Shown: in pieces, positions 1-17,658 of the stretch
Numbering within the stretch: position 1 is the stretch's first letter
Layout of the letters: each line of letters starts with the position of its first letter
From: Octopus vulgaris
Taxonomy: Eukaryota
Reading direction: 5' to 3'
NCBI GenBank assembly: GCA_951406725.2
Contig: OX597817.1
Span: forward strand, 62,558,001-62,622,000
Length of the DNA stretch: 64,000 nt
Made by a program: the position numbers and the translations under genes
The notes under the pieces: generated by a model
Seen by the model: only the letters and a program-made list of their open reading frames with translations
Databases searched by the model: none
Told to the model about the DNA's origin: nothing

Positions 1-1560
<1,560 letters not shown>

Positions 1561-1695
1561 GAACTCACACATGCGCGTTTGCTGCGTCTATTTATATTTT
1601 TTTCTCGGGTTCTCTACTCAAAAAGAAACTTTTGTTTTAAATAACTCTATACAAATTTGAAAATGATCGCTAATATCGACTTTCATATAATTCCG

Positions 1696-1746
<51 letters not shown>

Positions 1747-1914
1747 CCACCACACCACCAGCAGCAGCAGAAGCAGTAGAAGCAGAAGCAGCAGCAGCAG
1801 TAGCAGTGTTAGTACTGGTGGTGGTGGTGGTGATGGTGGTGGCGGCGGCGGTGGTGATGGTGGTGGTGGTGGTGGTGGTGGTGGTTAGTGGTAAAGCGGT
1901 GATGGTGGTGACGA

Positions 1915-1955
<41 letters not shown>
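1696..1955. repeat. Compound trinucleotide microsatellite (CAT)n-(CAG)n-(GTG)n-(TAG)n
   Basis: Directly visible. Confidence 0.95.
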
Positions 1956-2422
1956 ATTTTTGTTGTTCGTTTTTATTTGTTTTTGCTGTGTATTTTTTTT
2001 GTTAATAAATTTCTGAACGTCCATATAACTAAATATAGAAACTGAACGTGAATCTATGTTTACTATCAGTACGGCAGTGCACAAGCATAATCTGAATAGA
2101 ATACCAAAACTATTTCAGTTGTATAATATTCTTGAAATGTCTGTAGCTTTGATCTATGTCATAGGTGTGTGTGGTCGTGCTTAGCTGTATCTTAAGCAAA
2201 AAAGCAAAAAAAAAAAAAAGTGTGGCAAGCTTCCTTTGAGAGGAAAAGCAGTTTATGACCTCTTTCTTTTGTTACTCAAGGAAATTGCTTGTTTTCTAAA
2301 TTGCTTGAAGGAGAATTGCACGGAACACGTTTAGAAATATCGAGAGGAAAAAAATTGCCAGCGTATCAATTTATCAATTCGTATGAACAGAATTTCTGTT
2401 TGTCGGTTGAATGCATGTTGTG

Positions 2423-2453
<31 letters not shown>

Positions 2454-2456
2454 AGA

Positions 2457-2498
<42 letters not shown>

Positions 2499-2982
2499 TA
2501 GATAGATAGATAGATACACATGTATATATTCAAATATATCTATATATAAATATATTACATAATATACTATATATTATACACTTACACACACACACACATA
2601 CACACGCGCTCACACACACACACACACACATACACACGCGCTCACACACACACACACACACGCACACATACATACACACATGCAATGAGTTTATATGTTT
2701 AGCTAAGCGGGATAAATAATTTGTTGAACTCATTTAGGAATGCGATCCTGCTACCACAGATTTTATATCAGTGAACATATCGATCAGTAACATGAAACAT
2801 TTGTTAATAACTTCAGATGTATAAATTATTTCGAGAGAGAGAGAGAGAGAGAGAAAGAGAGTGAGACAGACAAAGAGACAGACAGGTACGCAGGCACGCA
2901 GGCCGGCAAACAGACAGAGAGACAGGTACGCAGGCAAACTGGCAACAGAGACAGACAAAGAGACAGAAACAGACACAGAGAA

Positions 2983-3213
2983 GGCGGCGAGCTGGCAGAA
3001 TCGTTAGCACGCCGGGCGAAATCCGTAGCCGTATTTCGTCTGTCGCTACGTTCTGAGTTCAAATTCCGCCGAGGTCGACTTTGCCTTTCATCCTTTCGGG
3101 GTCGATTAAATAAGTACCAGTTACGCACTGGGGTCGATATAATTGTCTTAATCCGTTTGTCTGTCCTTGTTTGTCCCCTCTGTGTTTAGCCCCTTGTGGG
3201 GAGTAAAGAAATA
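2983..3213 (+). mobile_element. SINE family A, young full-length copy (tRNA-derived head)
   Basis: Head GGCGGCGAGCTGGCAGAATCGTTAGCAC with B-box-like GAGTTCAAATTCC; body GAGGTCGACTTTGCCTTTCATCCTTTCGGGGTCGAT..AATAAGTACCAG (resembles the Deu/Nin-type SINE central domain, from memory); A-rich tail. Probable TSD AGAAACAGA(C/G)A(C/G)AGAGA at 2965-2981 and 3214-3230. Many homologous copies in the window. Confidence 0.9.
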
Positions 3214-3215
3214 AG

Positions 3216-3250
<35 letters not shown>

Positions 3251-3753
3251 GGAAACGTGTATGTGAATATCAGTGTCTCGAAGGATTAGGTTACTGCAAC
3301 TCTGTAGAGAAAACCTGTAGACGAAACCTGTAAGAAATGGCATAAACTAAAAACTTATACAGAGTTTGTAATACATCAAGCTTATAATCTCCGTGAAAAC
3401 GACGAAGGAATAGGCTTCGGCGCTTGTCCATAGATGGAGTGTCCTATGGTTTATCTCACACGTCATGTACTAAAAACACCAACTAATAAATGAATTATTT
3501 TATATTAATTCAATTTATTTATACTTTTGTATATTCTCTTTTACTTGTATCAGTCATTTGACTGCAGCCATGCTGGAGCACCTCCTTAAAGGATTTTAGT
3601 AGAACAAATCGACTTAAGCCTAATACTTATTTTAGCTGTCTCTTTTATCGACCCGCTAATGATTATAAATAAACAGTGATTATAAATTAAAGAACTTTAG
3701 GTTATTTAAAATAAGCTTGTGACTTATAACTTCTGGAGGGAAATTCACTGTAA

Positions 3754-4163
3754 TTACCGAGGTGAAAATTTTCTTTCTTACAAAAAAATTTGTAAAAATA
3801 CTATATCTACCAAGTCCTTCAGCTTACCAGATTCCAAGACGGCTGTTTCTGGCTCTTCAGTCTTCCCCAATGGGAAATACCGAAGGGAGATAACCCTGAG
3901 CAAATTCAATGCCGTTGCTTTAGCTAAAAAAAAAACAGTCAGATTCATTCGACCCCTTGGTTGAGATTAATATAACAACTTCAGCACCGAGCAGTGATTA
4001 AGAATAAACGAACTTTATGTGAGTTACCGTGGAGAAAAAAATTCTCTCTTACCATTGCTTCTTCCCAAAGGATTCTTGGACGGCCTTTTCTGGCTCTTTC
4101 CCCTCCCTCAATGTGAAATACCGAAAGGAGATAATACTGGGTAGATTCAATGTCGTAGCTTTT
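3754..4163. repeat. Diverged direct duplication (two copies, ~3754-3922 and ~4024-4163)
   Basis: Shared blocks TTACCG..GAAAA(A/T)TT(T/C)CT(T/C)TCTTAC, GACGGC..TTTCTGGCTCTT, AAATACCGAA(G/A)GGAGATAA and ATTCAATG(C/T)CGT.GCTTT. Confidence 0.75.
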
Positions 4164-4494
4164 ACAATAAGACGCACAACTTTTTGTAACTATGGAGTTA
4201 AAAAGAAAAAAGACGTGCACACATAATGTTTTCAAAATCAAAATCAAACCTGTATTTCATTGAAGAAATTTGAGTGACTGTTATTTGAATAGATGTGCAC
4301 ATACGTTGCAAAGAAAGATCAAATTTGCACACAATATAAATTTCCGTGCACACCTACCACAAAACGATATTAGAGAGAGCATTGGTTTTGTATTCCATTA
4401 TAGAAGTAGTTATGTCCGGAAAGGTTATTAAATTAAGGCCATATGAATGGAGAGTGAACAACTCAAAAGCATTCAATTCCCAATTATATTACAT

Positions 4495-4700
4495 TAGGCT
4501 ACGGCAATGCAGTTTAGAACTCCACTTTCGAAACACGTACTTTTGGGTTCAGTCCCACTGCACAGCCCTGGCAGATGTGTATGAGACTAGACAGACCAAT
4601 GTCTTATGAGGAAATTTGGTTGATGGAGATTATGTGGAAAACCTTCGTGTATATGTATACATACAAACGTATACACACACACACACATACACACGCACGC

Positions 4701-4776
<76 letters not shown>

Positions 4777-5011
4777 TCTCTACTCTTTTATTCTTTTACT
4801 TGTTTCAGCCATTTGACTGTGGCCATGCTGGAGCACCGCCTTTAGTCGAGCACATCGACATCATGACTTATTTTTTTGTAAGCCTAGTACTTATTCTATC
4901 GGGCTCTTTTGCTCAACCGCTAGCTTACGGGGACGTAAGCACACCACCATCGGTTGTCAAGTGATGTTTGGGGAGGGGGACAAACACAAACACATAAAAA
5001 TACACACACAC

Positions 5012-5055
<44 letters not shown>

Positions 5056-5522
5056 GACTGGCTTCTTTCAGTTTCCGTCTACCAAATCCACTCACAAGGC
5101 TTTGGTCGTCCCGAGGCTATAGTTGAAGACACTTGCCCAAGTGCCACGCAGTAGGAATGAACCCAGAACTATGTGGATGGTAAGCAAGCTACTTAACACA
5201 CAGCTACATACATATGTATATATATATATGCATATGGAGATTTAATTTATATATATGTATATATATGAAAGTATGTGTGTCTGTGTCTGTGTGTGTATGT
5301 GAGTGTGTATTTGTGTGTTTGTTTGACTCCATCCTTACACCGTCTTACAGCAGATGTTTGGTCGTTTCCGTCCCTGTAATATTGCGATGCGACAAAAGAA
5401 GTTGATAGAATGAGTACCTTAGAAAGATTATTAGTTCTAAGATCGACTTGTTTAATTAACACACTCCCAGGCGGTAACGAGCATGGCCACAATACCATAA
5501 CTGAAACAAGTAAAGAAATAAA
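4495..5522 (+). mobile_element. Old SINE family B copy split by a younger inverted family B copy
   Basis: 5' half at 4495-4650 (GGGTTCAGTCCCACTGC...GAAATTTGGTTGATGGAG) and 3' half at ~5320-5522 (GATAGAATGAGTACC...AGCATGGCCACA..ACTGAAACAAGTAAAG). Confidence 0.7.
4774..5207 (-). mobile_element. SINE family B full-length copy (tRNA head, CORE-like segment, internal microsatellite)
   Basis: Reverse complement reads GTAGCTGTGTGTTAAGTAGCTTGC..GGGTTCATTCC..GTGGCACTTGGGCAAGTGTCTTC (CORE-like)..(TA)n(TG)n..GGCGGTGCTCCAGCATGGCCACAGTCAAATGGCTGAAACAAGTAAAAGA. Colinear with copies at 10252, 18195 and 53844. Confidence 0.9.
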
Positions 5523-5989
5523 AAAAGACGGGGACTCGTATCCGAAAATAACGCAACAGAAAACTTCAGAACAAATATACTTTATACGCTGTATTTTTAT
5601 TGACCTAAAGATGAAGCCAGAACGCAACATGTTATGTGGCAACCAGGTAATTCTTGATTACTTTTATGCATTTACAAGTAAGGTCTTCTTTCTCCGAAAA
5701 GAGAAATACTAGTTTATCACGTATCAGACTTTTGAAAGCATAAATGTTGTAAATGAATTAGCTCCAAAGACAATTTGAAACTGTATCGCAGTCGTTGGTT
5801 TGGAAGAATTGATTTTCCATACATATATTAATATTGGACATCCATTCGTTTAAATCCGGTGTAAAGATTCAAGAGATTAAAAGGTCAAAGGATAGGGAAA
5901 TATAGCAATAAACCTATTTTTCCTCGCTTGATCCGATACACACATAGAGATCAATATTAATCCATATGCACATGCACATCGACAATCAC

Positions 5990-7738
<1,749 letters not shown>

Positions 7739-7854
7739 TCCCATCGAACACCTGTAGAAGACGTGACTACATTCAGGATAACTCTTCTGTACATATACAC
7801 CACCGTACAACTTGTCGAAACACGAATATAGAGAATACCTATTTTAGGCATATC

Positions 7855-8350
<496 letters not shown>

Positions 8351-8429
8351 TAAAGTTCATTGAATCCTATGGCAACATATTCTTAGGTAAAATAATAAGA
8401 ATATATTGAGTCAAACAAAGGAAGTTTAT

Positions 8430-8790
8430 ACCGCGATTAAATTGACCCAGTGCTCAACTTGTATCTATTTCTTTGTCACCTAAATGACGGGAGATAAATT
8501 CGACCTCGACAGAATTTGAATTTTGAACATAAAGTACCGGAAGAAATAACATGCATTTTGTCTGGCATTTTGTTGCATTCTGCCAAATCACTATGTTTAA
8601 ATGGTTTCAAATTTTGGCACTAGCCAGCAATTTTAGGGAAGATTGGTGAGTCTATTACAGACTCCAATGTTCATGTGGTAATTATTCTAAAGTTTAATAG
8701 GATGAAATGCAAGGTAGATTTCGACAGAATTTGAACACAGAACTTAAGGTGCCCGAATAAATACTGCTAAGCATTTTTTTTTTCTTCGGA
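8430..8790 (-). mobile_element. Two adjacent degenerate SINE family A copies
   Basis: GACCCAGTGCTCAACTTGTA..CGACCTCGACAGAATTTGAA and GGATGAAATGCAAGGTAGATTTCGACAGAATTTGAACACAGAAC match the reverse complement of the family A body. Confidence 0.65.
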
Positions 8791-9989
8791 AGCATTTTCT
8801 CTGGATAAATCTCTTCGTCTGGGAGGGCGCGATAAATATCTTATGACTAGCGAGAGGGAAAAGACAGAGGTTGGGTAATGGAAAGAGTAGAATATATAAG
8901 GCTGGTGGAAGGAGAGGTTAAAGCAGTGATTGCAGTGGTGGGCAAGAGGAAATAAAGTGAACGCCAAGAGATTTGAAAACTAAGCGCAGGTCATACGAGT
9001 TTTCTTAATTGGACAATGAACTACATTGAATTAACAAAAGCCATTTGTAAAGTAATATTTAATGGCCACGAGGTGAAAGAAAGCTATAAAAGGTCGACAG
9101 GAAGCGGAAATACATGTGATAAATTGTGAAGGAAAAGAATTGAAGTACGGAATGAGTAGCGTGCGCAAACCTGAAAGGTGGAAGTAACAGTGTAATTGCA
9201 AACAAAGGTAAATGACAAAGACCTAACTGAGAGAGAAAGAGGGGGCAATGGAGAGATGTTCAGAGAAAGAGAGAGAGAGAGAGGGAGAGAGAGAGAGGGA
9301 GAGAGAGAGAGAGAGCGTTGGACTGTGAGGAATAATGATGGAATAACGAGTTAAAACCGGAGAATCGGAAGAAAATAGAGAAGGGATGTGAGAGGAAAAT
9401 AGGGGGTGATGGAATGATAAAGAGGTAGAAGGGAGAGAGACGAGGGAGATGATAGTGTCCGTCAAAGACAAGTTTGTAATAAGAAAGAGAGAAACGAATA
9501 TAGGGAGTAAGTTGCTCGTAGATAGATTTAAATAGTGGCTGTGTATATGAGCGAAAATATAGGCCAAAATGAGCTGGTTGTCTGCAATGAAGCCGAAGGG
9601 CCAGTAGAGAAAGGAGAGAACGTATGAGAGAGGGAGGGGAGAGAGGATTACACTAATGTTGAATGAGAGGTACAATGCAAGAGAGATACAATGAGAGGTA
9701 CAAGCAAGAGAGATACAATTAACAAGGCTTTCGAAAAGAGAGGCAGAAACTTGGAGGGAGACAATCGAAGAGAGAAAGAGAGAAATAGTGGTGAATGGAA
9801 AGAGTTGAATGAAGATTTATGGCAAGTAAAAGCAGGTTACATTGAAATCATACAGGTACATCATAAAATTAATAACGACAACTAATTCACGTCAAATCCA
9901 CATTTCACTTGTTCCTCAGTGAATAACAATTCAACAATTATAGGTTAGCTGATAAATTCATGAGAGAACAAACAAATACTTTAGAAGGG

Positions 9990-10189
9990 ACAAAGGGGTG
10001 CTGAAAAGTTCCCGAAAGGCTTGGTTGGAGGTCCAACGTTCCGAATTCTTTTGCAGGGCTTAGAAAAACTGAAGGACCACTGCATTAAATGTGTGAATCT
10101 GAGAGGGGAATAAGTTGAATAAAATCATAATTAACTGATCCTACTGTATTTTCTTTTACCCAAGCCAGGAATTTTTCAACATCCCACTA
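9990..10189 (+). mobile_element. Internally deleted mariner element (MITE-sized)
   Basis: Imperfect TIRs GGGGTGCTGAAAAGTTCC / GGAATTTTTCAACATCCC. The interior encodes a mariner transposase C-terminus, GLEKLKDHCIKCVNLRGE*VE* (consensus GI.KL..RW.KC....GEYVE). Confidence 0.8.
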
Positions 10190-10251
10190 ATATCATTGCA
10201 GTTTCTGAGATCAGTTCCGGTGATTTTGCACAAATATAACACACACACGCA

Positions 10252-10466
10252 TATTCTTTTACTTGTTTGACTGTGGCCATGCTGGAGCACCGCCTTTAGT
10301 CGAACACATCGACCCCAGAACTTATTCTTTGTAAACCTAGTACTTATTCTATTGGTCTCTTTTTTGCCGAACTGCGAAGTTACGGGAACGTAAACACACC
10401 AACATCAGTTGTCAAGCGATGGTGGGAGTACAAACACAGAAACACAAACGCATACATACACACACA

Positions 10467-10534
<68 letters not shown>

Positions 10535-10697
10535 CGACGGGATTCTTTCAGTTTCCGTCTATCAAATCCAATCACGGGGCTTTGGTCGGCCGAGGCTATA
10601 GTAGGAGTCACTTGCCCAATGTGCAACGTAGTGGGACTTAAACCAGAACCATGTGGTTGGCAAGCAAGCTACTTACCACAAAGCCACTCTTGCGCCC
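10252..10697 (-). mobile_element. SINE family B full-length copy
   Basis: Colinear with 4774-5207, including the internal (CA)n(TA)n. Confidence 0.9.
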
Positions 10698-11508
10698 ATA
10701 TAAAGATATTTGTTGTCTCTCCAAAAGCATATAGGTTATCACTCTTTTAATTGTTAAGTCTTTGTGTTAGCATAAGACATTCTTCAGTAAGAAGAGCAAT
10801 ATGACAGTTGTGGTTGTATTAATGTGTTTTGTTATAATGACATTTGTAACATTCTCGTTAGAATAACAACATGGTAAATATAAGCGGATCTTCTCATGCT
10901 AGAAATAGCAGTGATAGCAACTGGGCAAGAACGCATTAAATCAAATAGACAGGAAGATTATTAGGTGAAAGATTTTACAGTTCGTAATTTTTCTTTTACA
11001 GAGCCTAGCTTCCATTTATTTCTTTAGGGGAAAAAGGAATTAAAAAATGTAACAAAAACGGTTAGCTGAATATTGCAAAAGCTATCACCGAGATTACAGT
11101 CAGTGGGAGATTGATTGAAGTTCGTCGCTGAGTCGTTTCGGTTCAGGTATATGGTGTTAAACACCGAAATGAGGTCAAACTGAATGGAAATGTATGTAGC
11201 GACAGAACCTACAAAAGAGATTAACTATGTTCTATTATAGGCCTAGAGGTATCCATTTAGCATGTTGTTTTTAAACTTTTGATAGGATGTGGCGGTATAG
11301 ACGCAGGTTTGTGCGTGTGTATCGTAAGAAGTCTGCTTTTCAATCACATGGTCCTGGGCTCAGAATTTGGTAGATGGAAACTGAAAGAAACTCAACGTAC
11401 ATATAAATATATATATATATATATACATTATATTATATTATGTGATATTATATATATGCATATATATCCATGTATGGCTGTATATACAGATGTGTTTTGT
11501 AATGTATA

Positions 11509-11555
<47 letters not shown>

Positions 11556-12057
11556 CTCAAATATACACGACATATACGGTGGGTGAGAAGGCACCGATAA
11601 AACTGTAGAATAGGTAAGCACGAATTCTACACTTAGTGTAGTACTACATTAGTATTCGAACTGGCACTGATTCTTGAAATTCAGCATCCTAATCGTGAGG
11701 AAAATAATCCAGCTAAGCCAGAATTGACTATAAGAGTGGTAAAACGTCGAGCGAATAATATTAAGTAGCAAGATGGATGGATACATGTATTACCCGAAAC
11801 AGTGAGTGCAACAAAATGCATATTCTCTTTCGCCTTCAGGGACTAAATAAGGATTGTGATCTAATCAAGTTACCCACAAAAGAAAAAGATATTTTGGGAA
11901 GAAAAAAATACCGTTGTGCAGTTATCGATGGTGCTCATTGACCTGTAGTATGGGCTGTAGAAATGTTGAAGTTGATGATGTTGGTGCAAGGTATAGGGAT
12001 AATGTTAAGCGGAGTTTCGGGCCCCCAGAGATTAGTTATGATATCAATAGTGTAGGT

Positions 12058-12302
12058 CAGAGTTTCTCAAACATTTTGGGGAGCTATGGACCCCATTGAC
12101 ACTTATGTTACTAATATTTATCCGCTGTTTAAATGAATCATTATTATATATCTGTAATGAAATATTTTCAGGAATTGTATGAAAGATTGTGAAGATAATT
12201 TGTGCGTTGTAGAAAAATAAGCAATTTATCGCACATCAGTTTTAAGCACAAGCTTTTATAGGGACTTCCAACCGTCATATGGACTCATCTTAAGAACCAC
12301 TC
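12058..12302. mobile_element. hAT (Charlie-like) MITE
   Basis: TIRs CAGAGTTTCTCAA / TTAAGAACCACTC (cf. CAGTGGTTCTCAA). Degenerate 8-bp TSD GTGTAGGT (12050-12057) / GTGTAGAC (12303-12310). Confidence 0.7.
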
Positions 12303-13232
12303 GTGTAGACAATTTTCATGTACTGCAATGAGGATTGTCAATTTCACTTTATCACCAGATTCTTGTAATATATGTGATGCATAACGCTGTTTTTGTCCGA
12401 TAAGGGTAAGGATACATGTGTTCGAAAGAGTAGTGATGATGATGGTTCTTTAGAGTGATAATGGTAATATATTTAAGCAATGGTAGTTATAGGTGGGGAA
12501 GTGTTAGTGCTGTACGGTTGAATTAAGTGTGGGGCTGAAGTGAGTTGATGAGGTGAGAATATTGATGGTGTTAATGTTGGCAGTCATGGAAGTGATGGTG
12601 AAAATGAAGATGGTGATATCAGATTGTGCTAGAGTGAAAGACGGTAATTGTGTTGGTGATAGTGGTACTGAGGTTTACGAATATCAAATTGGGGATGACG
12701 ATTGAGAAGATGGCGGAGGCGTACATAAAAGTTGTATTTGCCATAATAAAATGGTTGTGCGTGATAGTGATAATGATAGTGAAAACAATGAAAGAAGAGA
12801 AGCGTAGATATAATGGTCGTTGTTATGTTTATGGTGGCGGCGGCGGCAGTGGTGGTGGTGGTGGTGGCGGTTTTAGCAGTGTCGGTGGCGGCAGTGGTGG
12901 CAGCAGTGATGGGGGTTATGGTGTTGAAGAGGATGGGGGAAGTTAAGTTAGAGATATCTGTAAGTACATATCCGTGAAGGTATATGTACATGTGTATGTA
13001 TATATATATGTGTGTGTGTATGTGTGTGTGAGTGTGTGTGTGTGTGTGTCTGTATGAGTGTGTGTGCGTGTGTGTCTGTGTCTGTCTGTGTGAGTGTGTG
13101 TGCGTGTGTGTGTGTACATTCTTAGTTTTATGTTTTAATTCTTTCTTTTCGGATTTTAGCGTAGAATCAACACTCTTTCATTGGAATTTCGATAACATCA
13201 AACAGGGTAGTTTGCATGCATGTATGTATACC

Positions 13233-13276
<44 letters not shown>

Positions 13277-13719
13277 TGTGCATGACCATATAAGCAGTAT
13301 ATATGTATACAGAATTTATATAATCATATATATATATATATATATATATGTGTGATATATATGTATACAATATAAATATTTTGTACAATATATAAGTATA
13401 ATATATATTATATAATATGTTTAAGTGTGTGCGTTTGATATTCTGGATGCCTTTTCTTGACATGTGTGTTGCATACGTTTAAATAACGTTTCACATTTTA
13501 CTGGTTTATTTCAAAGCGAGGCCTCGTAGGACCATAACTAAAAGATGAAAGAATGTGCAATATTTCTAGCTTTTTATATGTTTCTATTACAGACCGGAAT
13601 TCTGTCGCACGTCTTGCAGTTGCCTCGAAATAGGATGTAAAACGTAAACAATAATAATCCTTAAAGTGTATTTTCCATTTAGCGATGCTTCTGTTTGCTG
13701 CTGGATGCTTTTAGCTTCG

Positions 13720-13830
13720 CAGTATACTGTATTATATACGCACTAGTGTAGTACGGGATTCTTTTCAATCTCCCCAGTACACTGTATTATATATACACTA
13801 ATGTAGTACCTGTCGAAATTGACGGGTTTC
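13720..13830 (-). mobile_element. Probable Helitron 3' terminus, locally duplicated
   Basis: Hairpin ACCTGTC-GAAATT-GACGGGT (13808-13827) lies just upstream (minus strand) of (C/T)TAGT. A ~35-bp direct repeat CAGTA(T/C)ACTGTATTATATA..CACTA(G/A)TGTAGTAC gives a second CTAG end at 13742-13747. Confidence 0.45.
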
Positions 13831-14582
13831 TTTTTAATATACAACAAATTATGTAACCCTTATTTTTGGCAATTCAGCGATACTGGGTTGTATAGAAGCA
13901 AAATTATTCAGCTAAACTTGTAGCCGTAGAATTAGGTAGGTGAGAGAGAGAGTGTGTGAGAGAGAGTGTGTGTGAGAGAGAGAGTGTGTATATGTGTATG
14001 TGTTAAAGAGAGAGCGCGTGTGAGCGTGTGTGAGCGTATGTGTGTGTATGTGTGTGTGTTTGTGAGCGAGCATGAGATAGAAACCGTGTCCATGAGTGTG
14101 TGTATGTGTGTGTGTTTCCGCAAGAGAGACAGAGACAGAGACAGAAAAACTGACGAGGAACGAGCAAGAAAGTAAGTGAAAGGAATGAATAACATAGTAA
14201 TCCATTGCGTTTGTAAAGCTCCTTAGGCAGGTAATCTCACTCTGTTATCTAATTACTGTTTTAAACGCATTGTATCATCTACATTTACTCTCTCTGCCTC
14301 AGCTACACTCTCTCATGCATTCAATATAACGATGTAACCTGCATAGCCGAAATTACGATAGAACAATTGCTTTGCTGATGATACCTTAAGAAGCAGAAAC
14401 ATAGGAGCCCAGCCGTAATTTTATCTCCGAACAAAGAATCTGACTTTTACTGAAGAACAGTTTTAGGAAATTCTAGATACTTGATTATACACCTACATAT
14501 TTGGAGTTGGTTCCAGTAGATTCTAACCAATTTGTCAACCCTGTCTGGAAACGGAAATGATTGCAATATATCAAGAGCTTCA

Positions 14583-14905
14583 GGCGGCGAGCTGTCAGAA
14601 ACGTTAGCACGCTGGGCGAAATGCGTAGCCGTATTTCGTCTGGCGTTACGTTCTGAGTTCAAATTCCGCCAAGGTTGATTTTGCCTTTTATCCTTCCGGG
14701 GTCGATAAATTAAGTACCAGTTACGCACTGGGGTCGATGTAATCGACTTAATCCCTTTGTGCGTCCTTGTTTGTCCCCTTATCCCATTGTGGGCAATAAA
14801 GAAATAAGAAATGTTAGCACGCCGGGCGAAATTCTTAGCGGTATTTCGTCTGTCCTTACGTTCCGAGTTCAAATTACGCCGAGTTCGACTCTGCATTTCA
14901 TCCGA
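14583..14905 (+). mobile_element. SINE family A head-to-tail dimer (full copy plus a copy missing the first ~15 nt)
   Basis: The full copy 14583-14807 runs directly into AGAAATGTTAGCACGCCGGGCGAAAT...CCGAGTTCGACT. Confidence 0.88.
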
Positions 14906-15059
14906 AAATTTAGGGTGATGTGCCTAGAGTACAAAAGAATATATGAAGAACTTATCTTCTATGTTATTTCATATACTTCTATTGGTTTTTGTTGTTCAAA
15001 TACATGACCCGCAGTTACTCCTCTTCGGTGGTTCTCGTTCATTTTATATACAAATTTAC

Positions 15060-15102
15060 ATTATATAAATATATACACACATATAAAGATACATATATAC
15101 AT

Positions 15103-15181
<79 letters not shown>

Positions 15182-15505
15182 AATATATATATGTATATGT
15201 GTGTGTATGTGTGTGCTGGGTGCATATAATCAAGAATCAATATTTCTCCAAAACTGACATGCCCTTCAATAAAACGCAATTTGATTGTTGGGAGTAAGGA
15301 TAACGCCTGGGCACATATGAGTATATGTGTACGTATGTGTTTGTTATGTATATATATATATATATATTTACATATGCATATTATCTAAATTTGTTTATAA
15401 AGTAAACGAAAATCAACCAAGAGAAGTCAGTGGCTAGTATCGTGTATTTGAACAACAGAGAACAAGAGTATATTGAAGTATAATGAATGTGTGTGTGTAT
15501 GTGAG

Positions 15506-15568
<63 letters not shown>

Positions 15569-15632
15569 TTGTGTGGGGGTGTAAAGAGAGATCGACAACG
15601 AAATAAAGATACACACACACATATGTATATGA

Positions 15633-15683
<51 letters not shown>

Positions 15684-15998
15684 TGTACGTGAAGGGCATG
15701 TGGTTGTGGGTGCGGGTGTCTGTGTGCGTACATGCGTGCGTCCGTGCGTGCGTACGTGCGTGCATGTCTTTTATTATCTCTGCTACACTTAATTATTGAA
15801 TGCTCGTAGGCAGAAACACATACACAAATATACGCACACATTCGCACACAACAGTGACTGCGCGCACCGCAAGCGTGCGTTAGTGCTATAATGTTGCAAG
15901 AGTCTGGCTATATAGAGCAACATTACACACGTTTCAGATATCTCTGGCATCAACGTTAATGCTGATGTAACCAGTAACGAGAACCTGTAAAGAAATAC

Positions 15999-16048
<50 letters not shown>

Positions 16049-16490
16049 CACAAACATACATACACGCATACACACATACGCACTGGTATGCACACACAGA
16101 CGTGCACATGCTTCCAGGCACAGATACATCAAATACAAATGATTTTTTTTATTAATAGATTTCTCGAGGATCATTATCAAACGATGTACATATATGTATG
16201 TGTAGGTATGTATGTATATTGTTTTTATGTAAGTTCATATATATATATATATATATATATACATATGTATATATATGTATATATATATATATATATATGT
16301 GTGTGTATGTATATATATGTATGTATGTATGTATGTATATATATATGTGTGTATATATATATATATACATGTATGTATGTATATATATATGTATAGTATG
16401 TATGTATATATATATATGTATATATATATGTATATATATATGTACATATGCATATATATATATATGCATGTATATATATATATGTATATA

Positions 16491-16534
<44 letters not shown>

Positions 16535-16615
16535 AGTATATATATATGTATATGTATATAAAGATATAGTGTGTGTGTGTTTGTATGCGTGTGTGTGTGC
16601 GTATATGTGTGTATG

Positions 16616-16646
<31 letters not shown>

Positions 16647-17300
16647 CGTATGTGCGTTAACAAATAAATAAATTTATCAATTTAAATGATCGCTGATATG
16701 ATATACGAGACGCCTCTAAAAATCGAATTATATAATCATTACCTGAAGGCTTCAATTGCACCTTCGCCTATTTATATATTTATATATTTATTTATTTATT
16801 TATTTATTTATTTATGTTTTTATTTATGTATTTATTTAGAGGCATGTTTAAAGACGCATCTTCCTATCTGTCTGTCTACCTACCTGCTTTTCAAATTTAA
16901 TTTTTCTCACCAACATTTCTTTGTACATGCTTCTCTGCTAATCACGCGGAGCTACCGAGTAGGGTACAAGCAAACAGACACACAGAAACACACACAGACA
17001 AACTGCCGTTTATATAGAGAGAGATGGGTCGTAATGAACAACAGCGTCATCTGTTACCGGTTTCAGTCGGACTAAATGTAAGGGAGAGTGACATCCGTCT
17101 TTAATTCAGTATGAAGTAAACAACTCAGAAAACACACACATACATATGTGTCCACATACCCGCGAAAAGACACATATGCACGCACACACTCACGCACGCA
17201 CGCACGCACGCGCGCCCACACACACACACGAATACACACACACAGACAGACACACAACGCACAGGCACACACATATATATTCTATCTACCTCTCTCTCTT
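15060..17300. repeat. Microsatellite field: (TA)n, (TG)n, (GA)n, (TTTA)n
   Basis: Directly visible. Confidence 0.9.
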
Positions 17301-17318
17301 TATATGTCTTACTGCTTG

Positions 17319-17408
17319 GCACATTGGAAAAGTGTCTTCAACAATAGCCTCAGGCCGAACAAAGCTTTGCGAGTGGATTTGGTAGACGGGAACTGAAAGA
17401 AGCCCATC

Positions 17409-17499
<91 letters not shown>

Positions 17500-17658
17500 C
17501 ATATATATACATGTGTGGGTGCGCGTGTGTGTGTGTGTGTGTGTTTGTCTTTGCGTCAGTTTTGTTCCCCACCGACGTCACTTAACGGCTGATGATGGTG
17601 TGTTTACGTCCCTGTAACTTAGCGGCTTGGCAAAAGCAACCGATAGAATAAGTACTAG
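17319..17658 (+). mobile_element. SINE family B, truncated copy with expanded internal (TA)n
   Basis: AGTGTCTTCAACAATAGCCTCAGGCCG..GGATTTGGTAGACGGGAACTGAAAGAAGCCC-(TA)n-..GTAACTTAGCGG..GATAGAATAAGTACTAG. Confidence 0.85.

Noticed and set aside
3295-3340. CTGTAGA...CGAAACCTGTA hammerhead-like trace
   Set aside because: The core is mismatched and stems I and II do not pair convincingly.
12650-12946. ORF with Gly-rich C-terminus (GGGGSGGGG)
   Set aside because: Lies in a decayed (GGT/GAT)n tract; no other evidence of coding.
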